Shown here piece by piece: positions 1 through 14,759 of a stretch of DNA of 64,000 bases. The notes beneath the pieces are model-generated. The model did not search any database and was not told the origin of the DNA. It saw nothing but the letters and a program-made list of their open reading frames with translations. The DNA lies in assembly GCF_009914755.1 (NCBI RefSeq), contig NC_060932.1. One strand, written 5' to 3'. Within the stretch, counting starts at the first letter, position 1, and each line of letters opens with the position of its first letter. Source of the stretch: the human T2T-CHM13v2.0 reference genome, Homo sapiens. The position numbers and the translations under genes were made by a program.

Positions 1-1039
1 TAAAGGCCAAAGGCCAAAGGCCAAAGTGAGGAATGCTAACGGCTACCACCGAATGGAACAAACATTTTCAGAGCACTGACGAAAGGTGCCAGGCACCGAG
101 CTCATTCGCCTTATTTGTATAGATGAGAAGGTTGAGCTCTACCCAGTTTCAGAAGCTTTTCTGGGAAGAGCTGAAGACACACAGCGAGGTCCCTCTGACT
201 CCAAAGATCCCACTCATGCTTCCCAAACTGCACTGCTCACCGTGGGTCAACTGAGTGCACGGGAGCACAGAGTGGCTGCCTGAGGTTCACACACTTGTAC
301 AGGAGGCGCTTGCAAAGGGCCCAGACCCTGTGGCCTCCAGCGATGCTCTTTGTGCAATTCCAGTTTTCTTCCTCTGTCACCAAGCAGCATATCATCTACT
401 GAGGGTTATGAGACTAAGGCACAAAACCAGTAAGTAATTATGGAAATAAAATTATCTACAATCACACCAATCTGATTATCATTTTTATATTCCATCTTTT
501 TTCATATTTGTAAAAGCTGTAATTTTAGTATTCACACTGCTGTGTGTGCTGCTTCAACTCTTGATGACTATGTTTTCCTCATGTTACATGACACTTAATT
601 TTTATTGGCCTAAGTAAATATACCATGGTTTGTTTGGTCATTCATTCCCTTATTGTTGAACATTGAGGGTTGTTTCCTGTCACCCTACTATCACAAGCAT
701 GGCTGTGGTGATCACTTTAGTGCGTAAGTCTTTTTCCATACTGGACTATTTTTTTAAGATGATTCCCAGAAGTAGCACTAACTGGGTCAAAAAAGATGAG
801 TATTTTATGGCTCTTTCAATCTGCCAAAATGCTTTCCAAAAAGGACTGTACTTATTTACAATGTCATTGGTAATATATCAGAAGATCTGTTTCACTGCTC
901 AAACCCATGAGCATTATATTCAAAACCATTTAGAATCTGTACTGAAATGCAGCTATCACCCTAGTAGTAGCCATGTAGAGGTAATTAAATGACCCTAACC
1001 AAGGAAAGTTAACTATTTGATAAGTGGCTTTAGTTCTGA

Positions 1040-1262
1040 GAGGCAGTTTGGTGCAATGATATGAAGTAGGGAGTTTGAAGTTAAGACTGCCTGGGCTCAA
1101 ATCTTGGCTGCACTCAGTGTTAATGTGTGATTTTGGGAAAGTTACTTAACTTTGGACTGTTAAGGTGCAGTAATAGAACCTATCCTTGTAGCAGAGTTGC
1201 TGGGAGGACTAAATGAATGGATACACTGCCTGGTACACAGTAAGTGCTCTTAGTTACTATCA
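1040..1262 (+). mobile_element. MIR
   Basis: GACTGCCTGGGCTCAAATC...GTTACTTAAC...CACAGTAAGTGCTC. Confidence 0.8.
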
Positions 1263-1558
1263 GTTATAAAATCATTAAGGGGCTGAAGAGGTCATTTAAG
1301 TTTGGATGGAGTAATTTATATTCTACAGCGGCATTCACTAACATCTTTACATGTGTATCCCCTAAGACTAGGTGAAGTGAATGAACAATTTTATAAATAG
1401 TTCCCATTTTGCTGGTCTGCTCTTCAGGAAGATAGATCCACTAGTAAGTACAGAATAATCTTTATTTTTTTCTAGCTTAACAAGCCCATAGCAATGCTTT
1501 CATGTTCATTTTATTCCTACTTAATTAAAAAGCTACAAGTTTTTCTGTGATCACAATC

Positions 1559-2088
<530 letters not shown>

Positions 2089-2261
2089 AGTATCTGTATT
2101 TCCCTGTGTGCCTTTTTTTCATAGAATAAGTGGAAAATGGTTTTGAAAGTTACATATGGGTAAGATAAACATTATTTATATTTTTTGAATAAAAATTTTA
2201 TCAGTTATACTTAGTGTATATATTTCTCATTCTGTTATTTTCATTAAAAAGCTTTTATTAT

Positions 2262-2417
2262 GGGCAGGCATGGCGGCTCATGCCTATAATCCCAGCACAC
2301 TGGGAGGTCAAGGCAGGAGGATAACTTAAGGCCAAGAGTTCCAGGCGAGTCTGGACAACACAGTGAGACCCTGTCTGTACAAAAAATAAAAAAAATTAGC
2401 CAGGTGTGGTGGCACAC
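2262..2417 (+). mobile_element. AluJ left arm, truncated
   Basis: Alu consensus match. Confidence 0.85.
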
Positions 2418-2965
2418 AACAGATGCCAGAAGACAATTGGAGTAGTATCTTTGGGGTTTTAAGGTAATTTGCTAGCCCATAATTCCAACACCATCATTGT
2501 TGAGAAGTAAAGTTAAGACATTTTCAGACCAATAGTAACTAAGAATTCACTATTTCAACACCATCACTGAAGGAGGTATATTCAAGATTATATTTCAGGA
2601 AGAAGGGAGTTGAACTCAGAAGAAATGAGATACAAGAAGGATTGGTGAGCAAATAAATTGGTTAAAATATTGTTAAATAATAAGTATTTTAAAAGTCAAA
2701 TAATTCATTGACTCTAAAATATGATTAAAACATGTCTGTCTTTTATTTACATACCACTGAGAAAAACAGCAACAATGAGAAATCATAACACAGTGCTTTA
2801 ATGATGGGACTGAACAGTGCATTATATTATTATACTAATTTCTTTTTTCTTTGAAATTCCTTTCATCTAGTGTAAGAAATTTATCATTTGTCTTCATGTG
2901 CGTGAGAATGAGATATGGAATCCTGTTGTACATATCTTGGTTATAAAACATCAAAGCTTCAACTT

Positions 2966-3209
<244 letters not shown>

Positions 3210-3552
3210 TCAACTTGTAGTCAGTTTTCATAGTAAAAAAATCTCAGAGAATCAGAAGAAAAAATAAAAACAAAAAATCATAATAACTAAAACTTGAAAA
3301 TCAAGAAATAACAGTATAATCATATTATTGAAAAATATAAAGGTAACTAGCAGAGTCAAAAAGGTTACCTCTTAAATTTGGGAACTGGGGACTGAGAGTT
3401 TTTACAGTTTGTAAAACTATTTGATTCATTTTTAACTGTGCAGATATAAAATTTTATTTAAAAAAAAACACATTAGACAATGATTCACTGAATTAAAAAA
3501 AGTAGATGTATCTATACGATTTATAAATAAACCTAGAAGCCTATTTAGAAAT

Positions 3553-3689
3553 AGCCCAGCTACTTGGGAGGTTGAGGCAAGAGGACTGCTCATGCCCAGG
3601 AGTTGAAGGCTACAGTGTGCTGTGATCATGCCACTGCACTCCAGCCTGGGCAACAGAGCTAGACCCCATCTCTAAAAAAAAAAAAAAAA
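3553..3689 (+). mobile_element. AluJ right arm fragment
   Basis: Alu 3' half with A tail. Confidence 0.85.
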
Positions 3690-4895
3690 GTAAAATTTTT
3701 AAAAACTTGGAAATAGATTTTAAGATAAAGATTATCACATAATCATAAACAGTTCACTGGTAATATATAATAACTGTGACACTTATGTACAAGCAACGTA
3801 GCCTCAAAATACATGAAGCAAAATTTGACAGAATTACAAAGATTTCTGGGGAGAAATCTGCTGCCAGTCTAGGTGGTGTTTTAAGCTGCTATTAAAATAT
3901 TCTCTTTGTTGTTGGTGCTCTGATTTTTCAAAAAGATGTGCACGGGTATGAGGTATAACTTACTTTCCTTTTGGTTTATGCTTCTAACACATAACTCGTC
4001 TTTCACAACTGTGAAAAATACTGTCAGCCATGATCACTTTGAATACGGCCTCTCTCCATTTTTTCTAGTTTCTACTTCTGGAATGCCTATTAAATGCATG
4101 TGGTAATGTTTCATTTTACTCCCCCCTCCCTGTGACTAAATTATCATTTTTTTTTTTGCAATGTATAGTGCATTCTGGGTATTTTCTTCAGATTTATCTT
4201 ACATTTTGCTAATTCTTTCTTTAGTGGTGTCAAATCTGCTATTTAGCCAATGGGTTAAATACTGAAATTTTCTTCCTAGTGACTATGTTTTTCAAATCTA
4301 GAAGTCCTCTTTCCTTATTGAAAACAGCATCTTATTCTTTTCAAAGGTTTGCATTCCTTCATACATGCCTTTAAATCACTTTCACATATTAAGAGTCTCC
4401 ATGTTACACGATTTTCTGAAGTTCTTGGTAGTCTTATTATGACTACTCATCCTAACTCATGGTGGATTTCAGATCCTTTAACAATTTGCATGGTGAGCTC
4501 ATTTTTAGTAGGGCTTTGTGGGAATTCTGTGGGAGCTCTATGAGGAATGGGTTGGGGCCGGTCCGCAATAAATGTCACCATTTTGAGACCATTTTATGTT
4601 GATTTCTCAGCTTATATATCTGTACTATAAGGGGAGCATACGCGTCAGACTCTCAACACTCTTAAAGCACTGGCCCAAGCTCCTTGCAGAGACGAGCTTC
4701 CTTACAGACCCCAGGGGCAAACAAATGAAATTTTCCTAGTACTCTTTTCACTGAGTACTAGTACTGTATACAGTCCTTGGGAGTTTCTTGGTTATCAATC
4801 TTGAAATACGCATTTTGAATGTTACATTTATTACTAACAAGATTAAATCATATTATGTTAAGGTTTCAGCAAATCTAATACTTTAAAAATCTGCT

Positions 4896-5887
<992 letters not shown>

Positions 5888-6009
5888 TTAGTGAACTGAC
5901 TTTGGGTAACAAGTCTGTTTTTTTTTTTTTGCAAAAAGAACCATAGACTAAAACATCATCTATGTTCTTTTCTCTAGTCTTGTTTAAAGTAATTAAAATA
6001 CGCATAGTT

Positions 6010-6230
6010 ATTATGCTATGGTGTTTATTAGGTATCGGGTACTCTGTAAGAACTTTATATTTTAACTCTTATAATCCTCCCAAGAATGCCATGATGTAGG
6101 AATCATTTTCTCATTTTACAGATGAAAAAAATGAGGCATAGGAAGTATAAAACATTCACATGATCCCAAAGTTCTAAGAAAATGTGCCAGGACTTGAACC
6201 TGGACAGTGAGCTCCGGAATCAGTACAGTT
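6010..6230 (-). mobile_element. MIR
   Basis: CATTTTACAGATGAAAAAAATGAGGCA core. Confidence 0.8.
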
Positions 6231-6521
6231 AGCCAACACAGCATACACACCGTGTTACACAGTATGAAAGGCATTGTCAGAGACCTAAAGACATATTACT
6301 TTTTGCAGAGGTGGTATAATCTAAAAGACCTTATTTTGAATTGGTAAGAATGCAGATGAGTTTATAATCTGGTTCTGAACAAAGAGGATTAGTTAGCTGA
6401 CTGATGCAATAAAGGTCCCAAGTAAATTAAATTATTAAATTGCCCTGCAATCCATCATAAGCAGTAATTTTCTTTTGTTGGTTTTCCTTTCCATTCAAAA
6501 ACAGTGAGAAGATTCTCTTAC

Positions 6522-6720
6522 TGTAAAGTAGTTCTGCTGTTGAAACTGCCTTTAATTATCTGTACTGTAACCTATAACTTCTAGGCTGAATTGATGCCAA
6601 TAGCTCTTTACTCTCGCTTGAGAGAACTGCACAGTCATAAAGAAACTGTTTTTTTTTTAAATAGGCAATAGTGTTAATGAAGTAAGTTGTAAATGACATC
6701 ACCAATTTTTTCCGTTTTCT
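6522..6720 (-). pseudogene. Possible further fossil exon
   Basis: Donor ACA|GTAAGA; reads FLYDCAVLSSESKELLASIQPRSYRLQYR*LKAVSTAELLY; acceptor uncertain. Confidence 0.3.
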
Positions 6721-7018
6721 ATTTAACCAACCCATGCATCACATCATCCAATAGCTCATTTGACATCAGCATAAAGTACTAGTTCTAACTTTGCTGATAC
6801 ATTGATGTTAGCCTGAATGAATCCCTAAATTCTATGGGTCTCAAATATCTTCATCTGACAAATGAGGAGATTTAACTAGATTATTTTAAGCTTTCTTTTA
6901 ACACAAAAATGTTGTTTCTCATTATTCCACCATTTCACTGGGTCAGTCAAAACTCCTCTTTTATATAACCTGTCACCAACACGTTTGTGACATTGTGCTC
7001 TTTATAACTGACTTTCTG

Positions 7019-7304
7019 GGCTGGATGCGGTGGCTCATGGCTGTAATCCCAGCACTTTGGGAGGCCGAGACGGATCACCTCAGGCCAGGAGTTCAAGACC
7101 AGCCTGGCCAACATGGCGAAACCCCGTCTCTACTAAAAATAGAAAAATTCGCTGGGCGTGGTGGCACGTACCTTTAATCCCAGCTACTTGGGAGGCTGAG
7201 GCAGGAGAATAGCTTGAGGAGGCAGAGGTTGCAGTGAGCAGAGATCACACCATTGCACTCCATCCTGGGCTACAGAATGAGACTTCTGTCTCAAAAAAAA
7301 AAAA
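7019..7304 (+). mobile_element. AluS
   Basis: Full dimer; TSD TGACTTTCTG. Confidence 0.95.
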
Positions 7305-7417
7305 TTGACTTTCTGACAATGTAAAAAACTATACAATGCACAAGCTGGAACTAATTTCAACATCATCTAAATGCTTCCTTTAAAAAAAATATTTTATTAT
7401 TTTCTTTCAAAAAGTTT

Positions 7418-7544
7418 AAAATAGAGATGGGGTTTTGCCATGTTGCCCAGGCTGGTGTCGAACTTCTGGGCTCCAGCAAGTGATCTGCCAGCCTTGGCCT
7501 CCCAAAGTGCTGGGATTACAGGTCTGAGCCACCATGCCCAGCCT
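7418..7544 (-). mobile_element. FLAM / Alu left monomer
   Basis: Alu left-arm match. Confidence 0.85.
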
Positions 7545-7719
7545 AAATGTTTCTTTTAGAAACAAGGAACCCTGTTCTTCCAGAGCTTGTAAACTTTTCT
7601 CTTCTCCAACACATCCAAGTATAAACATTCGCTGCCATCAGTAAATGCAGCTCACTAGGAGATACTCCATGGCCTAACAGGGCATATAAGGTTCCCAGAG
7701 GGGCTGGGAGCATCCCTAC

Positions 7720-7954
7720 CTTATATTACTCCATTCTGAGATGCTGGCTTCCACTGAGCCAAATTTGCCTAATTTGGAGGCAAATTACCTCTGCTAGGAA
7801 TTTTGGGCCAGGCCCTCCAACAATCAGAGTTCTATAAATACATTTCAGTTTTATTTGGTAATCTTTCACTTTCTTCCACTTTGTGTCTTGATTCCATCTC
7901 GCAGGAGAGCTGTTAAATGTGCCAATCATACTCACTGTCAAACTGACTACACAG
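7720..7954 (-). pseudogene. Fossil exon
   Basis: Strong acceptor cccttctcttttatccag|; donors GAG|GTAATT (7789) or AAG|GTAGGG (7720); LCSQFDSEYDWHI*QLSCEMESRHKVEESERLPNKTE. Confidence 0.55.
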
Positions 7955-9501
7955 CTGGATAAAAGAGAAGGGTAATTTTCCACTTGTGCAGAAAATCTTA
8001 GCATGCATGGTGAACACAGAAAAGCCACTTTCTGGTTGAAGAGTGGCTAGATATCACACACAGCTGAGTAACTGCCACTTAGGGCTGCTCCCTCACACTC
8101 ATCCTGTCCTCTACTTGGCTTTCCATGAAAATGAGACAAGCAGCAGAGGGTGGTCATAAAAAGCAAAATTTCCCCAAGAGAAGCGCAGGAAGGGTGGAAA
8201 TGTTGATAGTAAATCATTAAGGGCGAGGGAAGGAAAACAGGTAGGGGCTGCCTTCGGAACCAACATGTTTGGCTATCTGGAACCAGCACTTAATACACGT
8301 TAAGAAGTAATTATAGTTGATGAAAAAAAGTTCATGGAACTATATATGTGACTGTTTGTTACATATATATATATGTATGTATAAAAGACTGTAAGCACAC
8401 ACACCAAACTGATTGAAGTGGTTACCACAGGGGCGAGTGGTTGATCATACTGGAACTCTCACTTTCTACTTAGATACTTCTGTATCCTTGACTACTACTT
8501 CTTTTAAACATTAACCATTTTTTTTTTTTTTTAGAATCAGAAAAAAGCTTTTTTTTTTTTTTTTTTTTGAATAGAGTCACTACCAGAGAAGTTTCTATTG
8601 GCAACAAAGTTTTTAAGGACAATATAATTTATACAAATTGCTGAAAATGTGCAACAATGGCAACTTGCAAGAAAGAAAAATGGTTAACGAAATGGTAAAA
8701 CTTGTAAATGGCTAGAGGATCAGCATCAAGAAGGGAGACTTATTAGTGTATGTCGGTTCAGGAGTAAGCTAAGAATTTATTCTAGCATGTTAGAAATATG
8801 CTTTCTTTTCTCTCTTCAAACCACATATAAATGCAATGGTTCAAGTTTCAAGGTTTAGAAAAATCTGGACATCAAAATCAATCATAAAGCATAGAGCAGA
8901 AATACTAGGGAGTTGCTGGTCACAATTGTGAAGACAATCAGGAAGGGGTTCCCTAACTCAACAGACTTTCAACGCAGACAAAAGTGTTTTATTTAGGGGG
9001 AAGATGCCTGGTATAATACGTTTCAGCAAGGAGGAGAGCATGCCTAGTTTCAATCTTTGAACAAATATGCTTCTGTGTGGATCAAGAGTTGGGGGTGGGG
9101 AGAAGTTTACACCCCTTTAGTCACTTCAGATTTTCAAAGAAACGGATTTCCAAACAGCTTTTGATAAATTAAGTTTTTAAAGACAGCGAACATTTATTAA
9201 TCACTTACTTCATGCTGGGTTATTCACATGCATTTATGTAGGCACAAAAACCAGGCTGACTGGCTAAGTACTAGGGCTGAGAAAAGGCTTTTCAATGGAA
9301 AAACTTCTTACTAGTCACACCGGTAGTAAGTTAGGAGTCAGCAAAGGAAAGAGCTTCCGTTTGTCTCTACCATTTGGTAGAGACTTTGGGAGAGAACGGA
9401 AGCAGTAGCTTCTTCACTAATGTATGCTGATCCTACAGATTAGGCAGAAGGGAGAGCCATACTTACTGGAGGAACTAGTTAAATTTTGATTTTCAGTTTA
9501 C

Positions 9502-9562
9502 CTTGGTCCATGATAAAATACTTCTTTGAAAATCTTTATTATGGAATCTGAGCAAGGAATTT
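9502..9562 (-). pseudogene. Fossil exon (61 nt)
   Basis: ttccctaaaattttag| acceptor, AAG|GTAAAC donor; (R)NSLLRFHNKDFQRSILSWTK, phase-compatible with both neighbouring exons. Confidence 0.55.
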
Positions 9563-9610
9563 CTAAAATTTTAGGGAAATATTTAATATAATTCTGGGGT
9601 AGGAGATAAC

Positions 9611-9903
<293 letters not shown>

Positions 9904-10590
9904 AGGAAAGAACTTTTAAGGCATGATCCTAAAGCCATGATCTTGGGAGAAAATACTGATAGACTAGATTACTTATACTAAGGACTTTTCTATGAGAAAA
10001 ACTACTTTGAATAAGGTAAAAGATTATCTGGGAAAATAATATTTATAAAACCAAGACAAAAAATTGATATCCTTAATATATAAAGAGCTCTAAGAAATGA
10101 GTAAGATTCCAACAGAAAAATGTGCAAAAAGCACAGTCAATTCATGAAATACAAATGAGTGAAAAAACATATGTAAAGATGTAAGAGAAATGCAAAACAG
10201 AAACCCAGAAGAAATAAAAGTGTAATTTAAAACTATACTGACATAAAATGCCCAGTCCATACATTGGCAAAGAAGCCAAAGATGAGGTTGTGGGGAAGTG
10301 GAAACTCTCATTTACTCTATGGGTAAAAACTAAAGCAGTCCTGAAAAGCAATATTGCATCAGAGTTTAAAATGTGCATGTATAGTCTTTGAACAAGAAAT
10401 TCCACTTAGGAATTTACAATAAACAAATACAGTAACTAGATGGGTGCAAACAATCTAAACAGTATATTTTCATCAGCACTGTGTGGGACAGTAGGGAATA
10501 AAAACCAAAATTTCAACAGTAGAATATGTCCACACAATGTTATACTATAAACATACTCAAAATGAACTACATAAATGTTCCAAATGAAAA
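9904..10590 (+). mobile_element. Old L1 (L1M) ORF2/3' fragment
   Basis: A-rich, GAAAAATGTGCAAA...GAAATGCAAA motifs. Confidence 0.7.
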
Positions 10591-10604
10591 AGCTTATGAG
10601 CATT

Positions 10605-11075
10605 GTCTCTCATTAACTATATGTCTCTTCTCCTTTTTAAATTAGAATCCATGTCTTAGCTGTAATTATGGCCACCTGGAATAAAAACTATTTGCTAGAC
10701 TTGACTGCAACTAGATGTAGCCATGTAAGAAAATGCTGGTCAGGAAGGTATAAATAGAAGTAGTGTACACAACTTTCTCAAAGTGTCAAAGGGAGAGGAC
10801 ATGGCTTTCTTTGTCCCTTCCTCCTTCCTACTGACTAGAATAGGGATATGATGGCCTGAGCTGGTAGTCATATTGGATCACAAAGAGGAAGTCATGGATT
10901 ACAGATGGTGGAGCTACAAGCTATCAGGAGAGCCTGGACCTGCCACACCAGCCCTGGACTATTTAACTCAGCACATCATTTACACAACAGAGATGTAAAC
11001 ATTTATCCTGTTTAAGCCACCATTACTTCAGGCTTTCTGTCACTCAGAGCTGAATCTAATCCTAACTGGTGTACA
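10605..11075 (+). mobile_element. MLT1-type MaLR LTR
   Basis: TGTTTAAGCCAC...CTAATCCTAACTGGTGTACA end. Confidence 0.7.
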
Positions 11076-12451
11076 GTTTTAGGGTGACTCACACAGAAGG
11101 TATCACTGCACACACCCATCCTAGCAGGTATACCATAATGACTGATTATTTGAGGTGGTGAGATTACAGGTGATTTTTTTTTTTTCTTTATGCCTCTCAG
11201 GACTCAGAAGTATATTCTGAAAATTTTTTCTTACAGTAATACGTATTGATTCTGTAACAGTTATTTTTATTTTGAGAAAAGTTTTCTAAAAATGTGTTAA
11301 AAAAATAGAAGCTTTCTTTTACTTAGTTCCTTGAAAGAACTCTCATTAGTTTAGTCAGATTGATTTCTTTTGAAAAACAACTATATTGCCTGACAGTTTA
11401 CCACTGAATCTCAGCAGCCTGCCAGGCACACAAATAGGTTTTACTAGGCTGAATTTCTTAAGGTTTCCTGAAGAACCCCACATAAAGATGGTCATTTATC
11501 TTTATGGATAGATTTTCCATAATGGATTTATGGATGAATTTATGGATGAAAGGCAGTTTGCCAGTCCTCTACCAAGTTGCTATTTGCAGACAGGTGACAT
11601 ATTCAACAATTTCACCCTTTAAAACTTTCAGGTCAACATAATGTTGAATTAAAGAAGCCAGACACAAATGAGACATAAGGTATAGTTCCATTTAAATGAA
11701 GTTCAAGAATAGGCAAATGTGAGACACAGTGATGTAAGTCAGAATAGTGATTAACTGGAGGGAAAATTATTGACTGGGAAGGAAACAAAGTTGGTGGAAA
11801 TGTTCTATATCTTAATTTTGATCATGAATACATGGATGCATATATAGGTAAAAATTCATCAAGCTGTATGTATGCTTGAAGCTTATGCTAGTTGAACTGA
11901 ATGAAAAGTATACCTAAAACCAAACAAGCACCCTGAGGACTGCAACATACTTTCTAGTAATTTGTCTATACTCAACATGTCGATGTGACTGAGAATATGT
12001 ATTTATCAGTTCTGGAAGAAGAGGATCCCCCCTTCCCACTATCTCTTCCTCAACAGAGATGAAAGTCAAGGAATTCTTTAAGGTTTCTCTTCCCTCCTTA
12101 TTCATATCTGGACATTCTTCTCATACTATATCATCAACTGGTCCCACTGATTGTTGGGATGCCTTTTGCCCCCTGGTGTATTTGTGGATTCTGTTACTGC
12201 TTCCGAGGTCTTCTGCAAAGTGCTAAAAAATATCTTTTCTCCTATGTAGGTAATTCTGACTTGGAATTTGCTTTGATGCATTTGCTAAGCTCCCTAATTC
12301 TTCTTGTTTTGATTATATGTCACTTTCCTAAATATTTTCTGTAACTGCAATGAAGTCATACTTTCTGATTTCACATTCCAGTTTTTCTTAATTGTGTAAA
12401 ATAAAGCTCTTTTAACTCCTTGGTCCCAGATTTCCAAAGGGAAAAAATTAA

Positions 12452-12789
<338 letters not shown>

Positions 12790-13044
12790 ACTTTAAACTC
12801 TTAAACTTCCTTGAAACTTTTCCTGGAAAACAGAGAACCCCCATAATTCTTATTCTTTACTGTCTAAACCACTAAGTCTTGTAGTAAAACCCACCATGCT
12901 TTTGCTTCAATTTGCCTAACTTTCCCTTCTAAGACATTTATTAGGTCTGCCCCTGCCCCACTTATAGTGATCTGTTGTTCCAATCAAATACACAAATCTT
13001 TCAGATGTTAATAACATTATAATGAAACTAATTTCATGAGTAGC

Positions 13045-13396
13045 TGTATTAGTCCGTTTTCACACTGCTGATAAAGACATACCTGAGATTGGGCAGTTTA
13101 CAAAAGAGGACTTACAGTTCCACGTGGCTGGGAAGGTCTCACAATCATTACATAAGGCAAGGAGGAGCAAGTCACATCTTACATGGATGTCAGCAGGCAA
13201 AGAGAGAGCTTGTGCAGGGAGACTCCCTTTTTTAAAACCATCAGATCTTGTGAGACACATTTGCTATCATGAGAACAGCTCAGGAAAGACCCGCCCCCAT
13301 GATTCAACCATCTCCCACCAATCCCTCCCACAACACGTGGGGATTATGGGAGCTACAAGATGAGATTTGCGTGGAGACACAGATCCAACCATATCA
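13045..13396 (-). mobile_element. THE1 (THE1B-like) MaLR solo LTR
   Basis: - strand begins TGATATGGTTGGATCTGTGTC and ends GGACTAATACA; 5-bp TSD GTAGC/GTAGT. Confidence 0.9.
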
Positions 13397-13683
13397 GTAG
13401 TTGATATTCTGAACTATCCAAATAGGAGGATGTCTTGGGGGAAATGTATCCATTTTTGTACACACTGCTACAGAGCACTACAAAGCAAAAAAAATACATA
13501 ATAAATTGTACACATACATCACTGGGGAAATGGAACTTCTCCAAATTATTTTTACTTTAACTGTTCCTTCTACTTGTAATAACACATAACACTCCTTCTT
13601 GAAAATACTTATCAAAGTACTTTTCAAGGTCAGTTCAGATTTTGCCTCTCTAGGGAACTGTGATTCTCCCATTGGCATTCATC

Positions 13684-13862
13684 TTTTTTTTTCTTTCAAC
13701 TTTTAAGCTCAAGGGTACATGTATAGGACGTACAGGTTTGTTACATAGGTAAATGTGTGCCATCGTGGTTTGCTGCAAAAAATCAACCCATCACCTAGGT
13801 ATTAAGCCCAGAATCCATTAGCTATTCTTCCTGATGCTCTCCCTCCCCCTACCCACCCCTGA
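13684..13862 (-). mobile_element. L1PA 3' end
   Basis: GGGTACATGT...CATCACCTAGGTATTAAGCCC. Confidence 0.85.
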
Positions 13863-14299
13863 TAAGATTAACCTTCTATAATCCTAACCTTACATAGGTC
13901 CCCACTGCCTGTATCAGGGGCTATCACCAAAACGTTATATTCTCAATCACATACATTGAATATACACAGTTTGTTCAATAGTGAGTTACTGATAGGTAGG
14001 ATCTATGTCTTATTCATCTTTATGTCTCAGAGCACTGAGAATGTTTTGTACAAGATAGGCATTTAATAACATTTGTTCAATTGTATAGCCAAACAATGGA
14101 TTTTTGTTATTGCTTCTCTTATCTGTTAGCTATAACTATCACACAGTCATCAACATAGTCATCAACAGTTTCCTCCTACTGGATACATAGCTTCAATCGA
14201 AAACCATTTAAAAATAAGCCACCACTTAGGGCTCTGAGCCCCTTTTTGTTTCTATGGAGATTTTTTTTTGGGGGGTGTGTGTGGGTGGCCATTACGTTT

Positions 14300-14580
14300 A
14301 TTTTAACAGATTGATTGTTTACATTTCTTGGGTTTATCAGGCCTATCTCTGAAGTACAGAGAAACTATTTCTGGCTGTTCTGTTTTCCAAGGAAACCTTG
14401 CAATTTTCTTTTAAGGTCATAGAAATCTATTACTCATTTCTTCCCTGTGTTTTGGCTAGGGATCATGTGTAGAAATCCATTATTTCTATGAGTCTGTTAT
14501 GCACCACCTAAGACTTTAAGTTATAAAATCCATTGTTTACTCAAAAGTCTGGAAAGGGCTTACAAGATATAATTAACTGC
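14300..14580 (-). pseudogene. Possible fossil exon (3' boundary uncertain)
   Basis: Good acceptor ttttattgtgtgtcctag|; reads AVNYIL*ALSRLLSKQWIL*LKVL. Confidence 0.35.
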
Positions 14581-14759
14581 CTAGGACACACAATAAAACA
14601 CAAATACATTTTCTCTTTAGAAAAATAACTTATTGTTAGGCTATGTAAAAGAGTCTCTCTTTACTAATGACTAGAAAATTAAGGAACAAGAAAGCAGTCA
14701 GCTACAGCACGTAAATTAAAATACATAAAAATTTCAAGCCAAAAGTCAGTATCACAGTC

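Noticed and set aside
2-26. (AAAGGCC)3 heptamer repeat
   Set aside because: Short simple repeat at the window edge with no further structure.
385-435. + strand acceptor/donor pair (CCA|GTAAGT)
   Set aside because: Very short, no supporting context or recognisable coding frame within the window.
13478-13517. Apparent GT-AG intron inside the large fossil exon
   Set aside because: Only 40 nt, too short for a human intron; more likely a frameshifted stretch of one exon.
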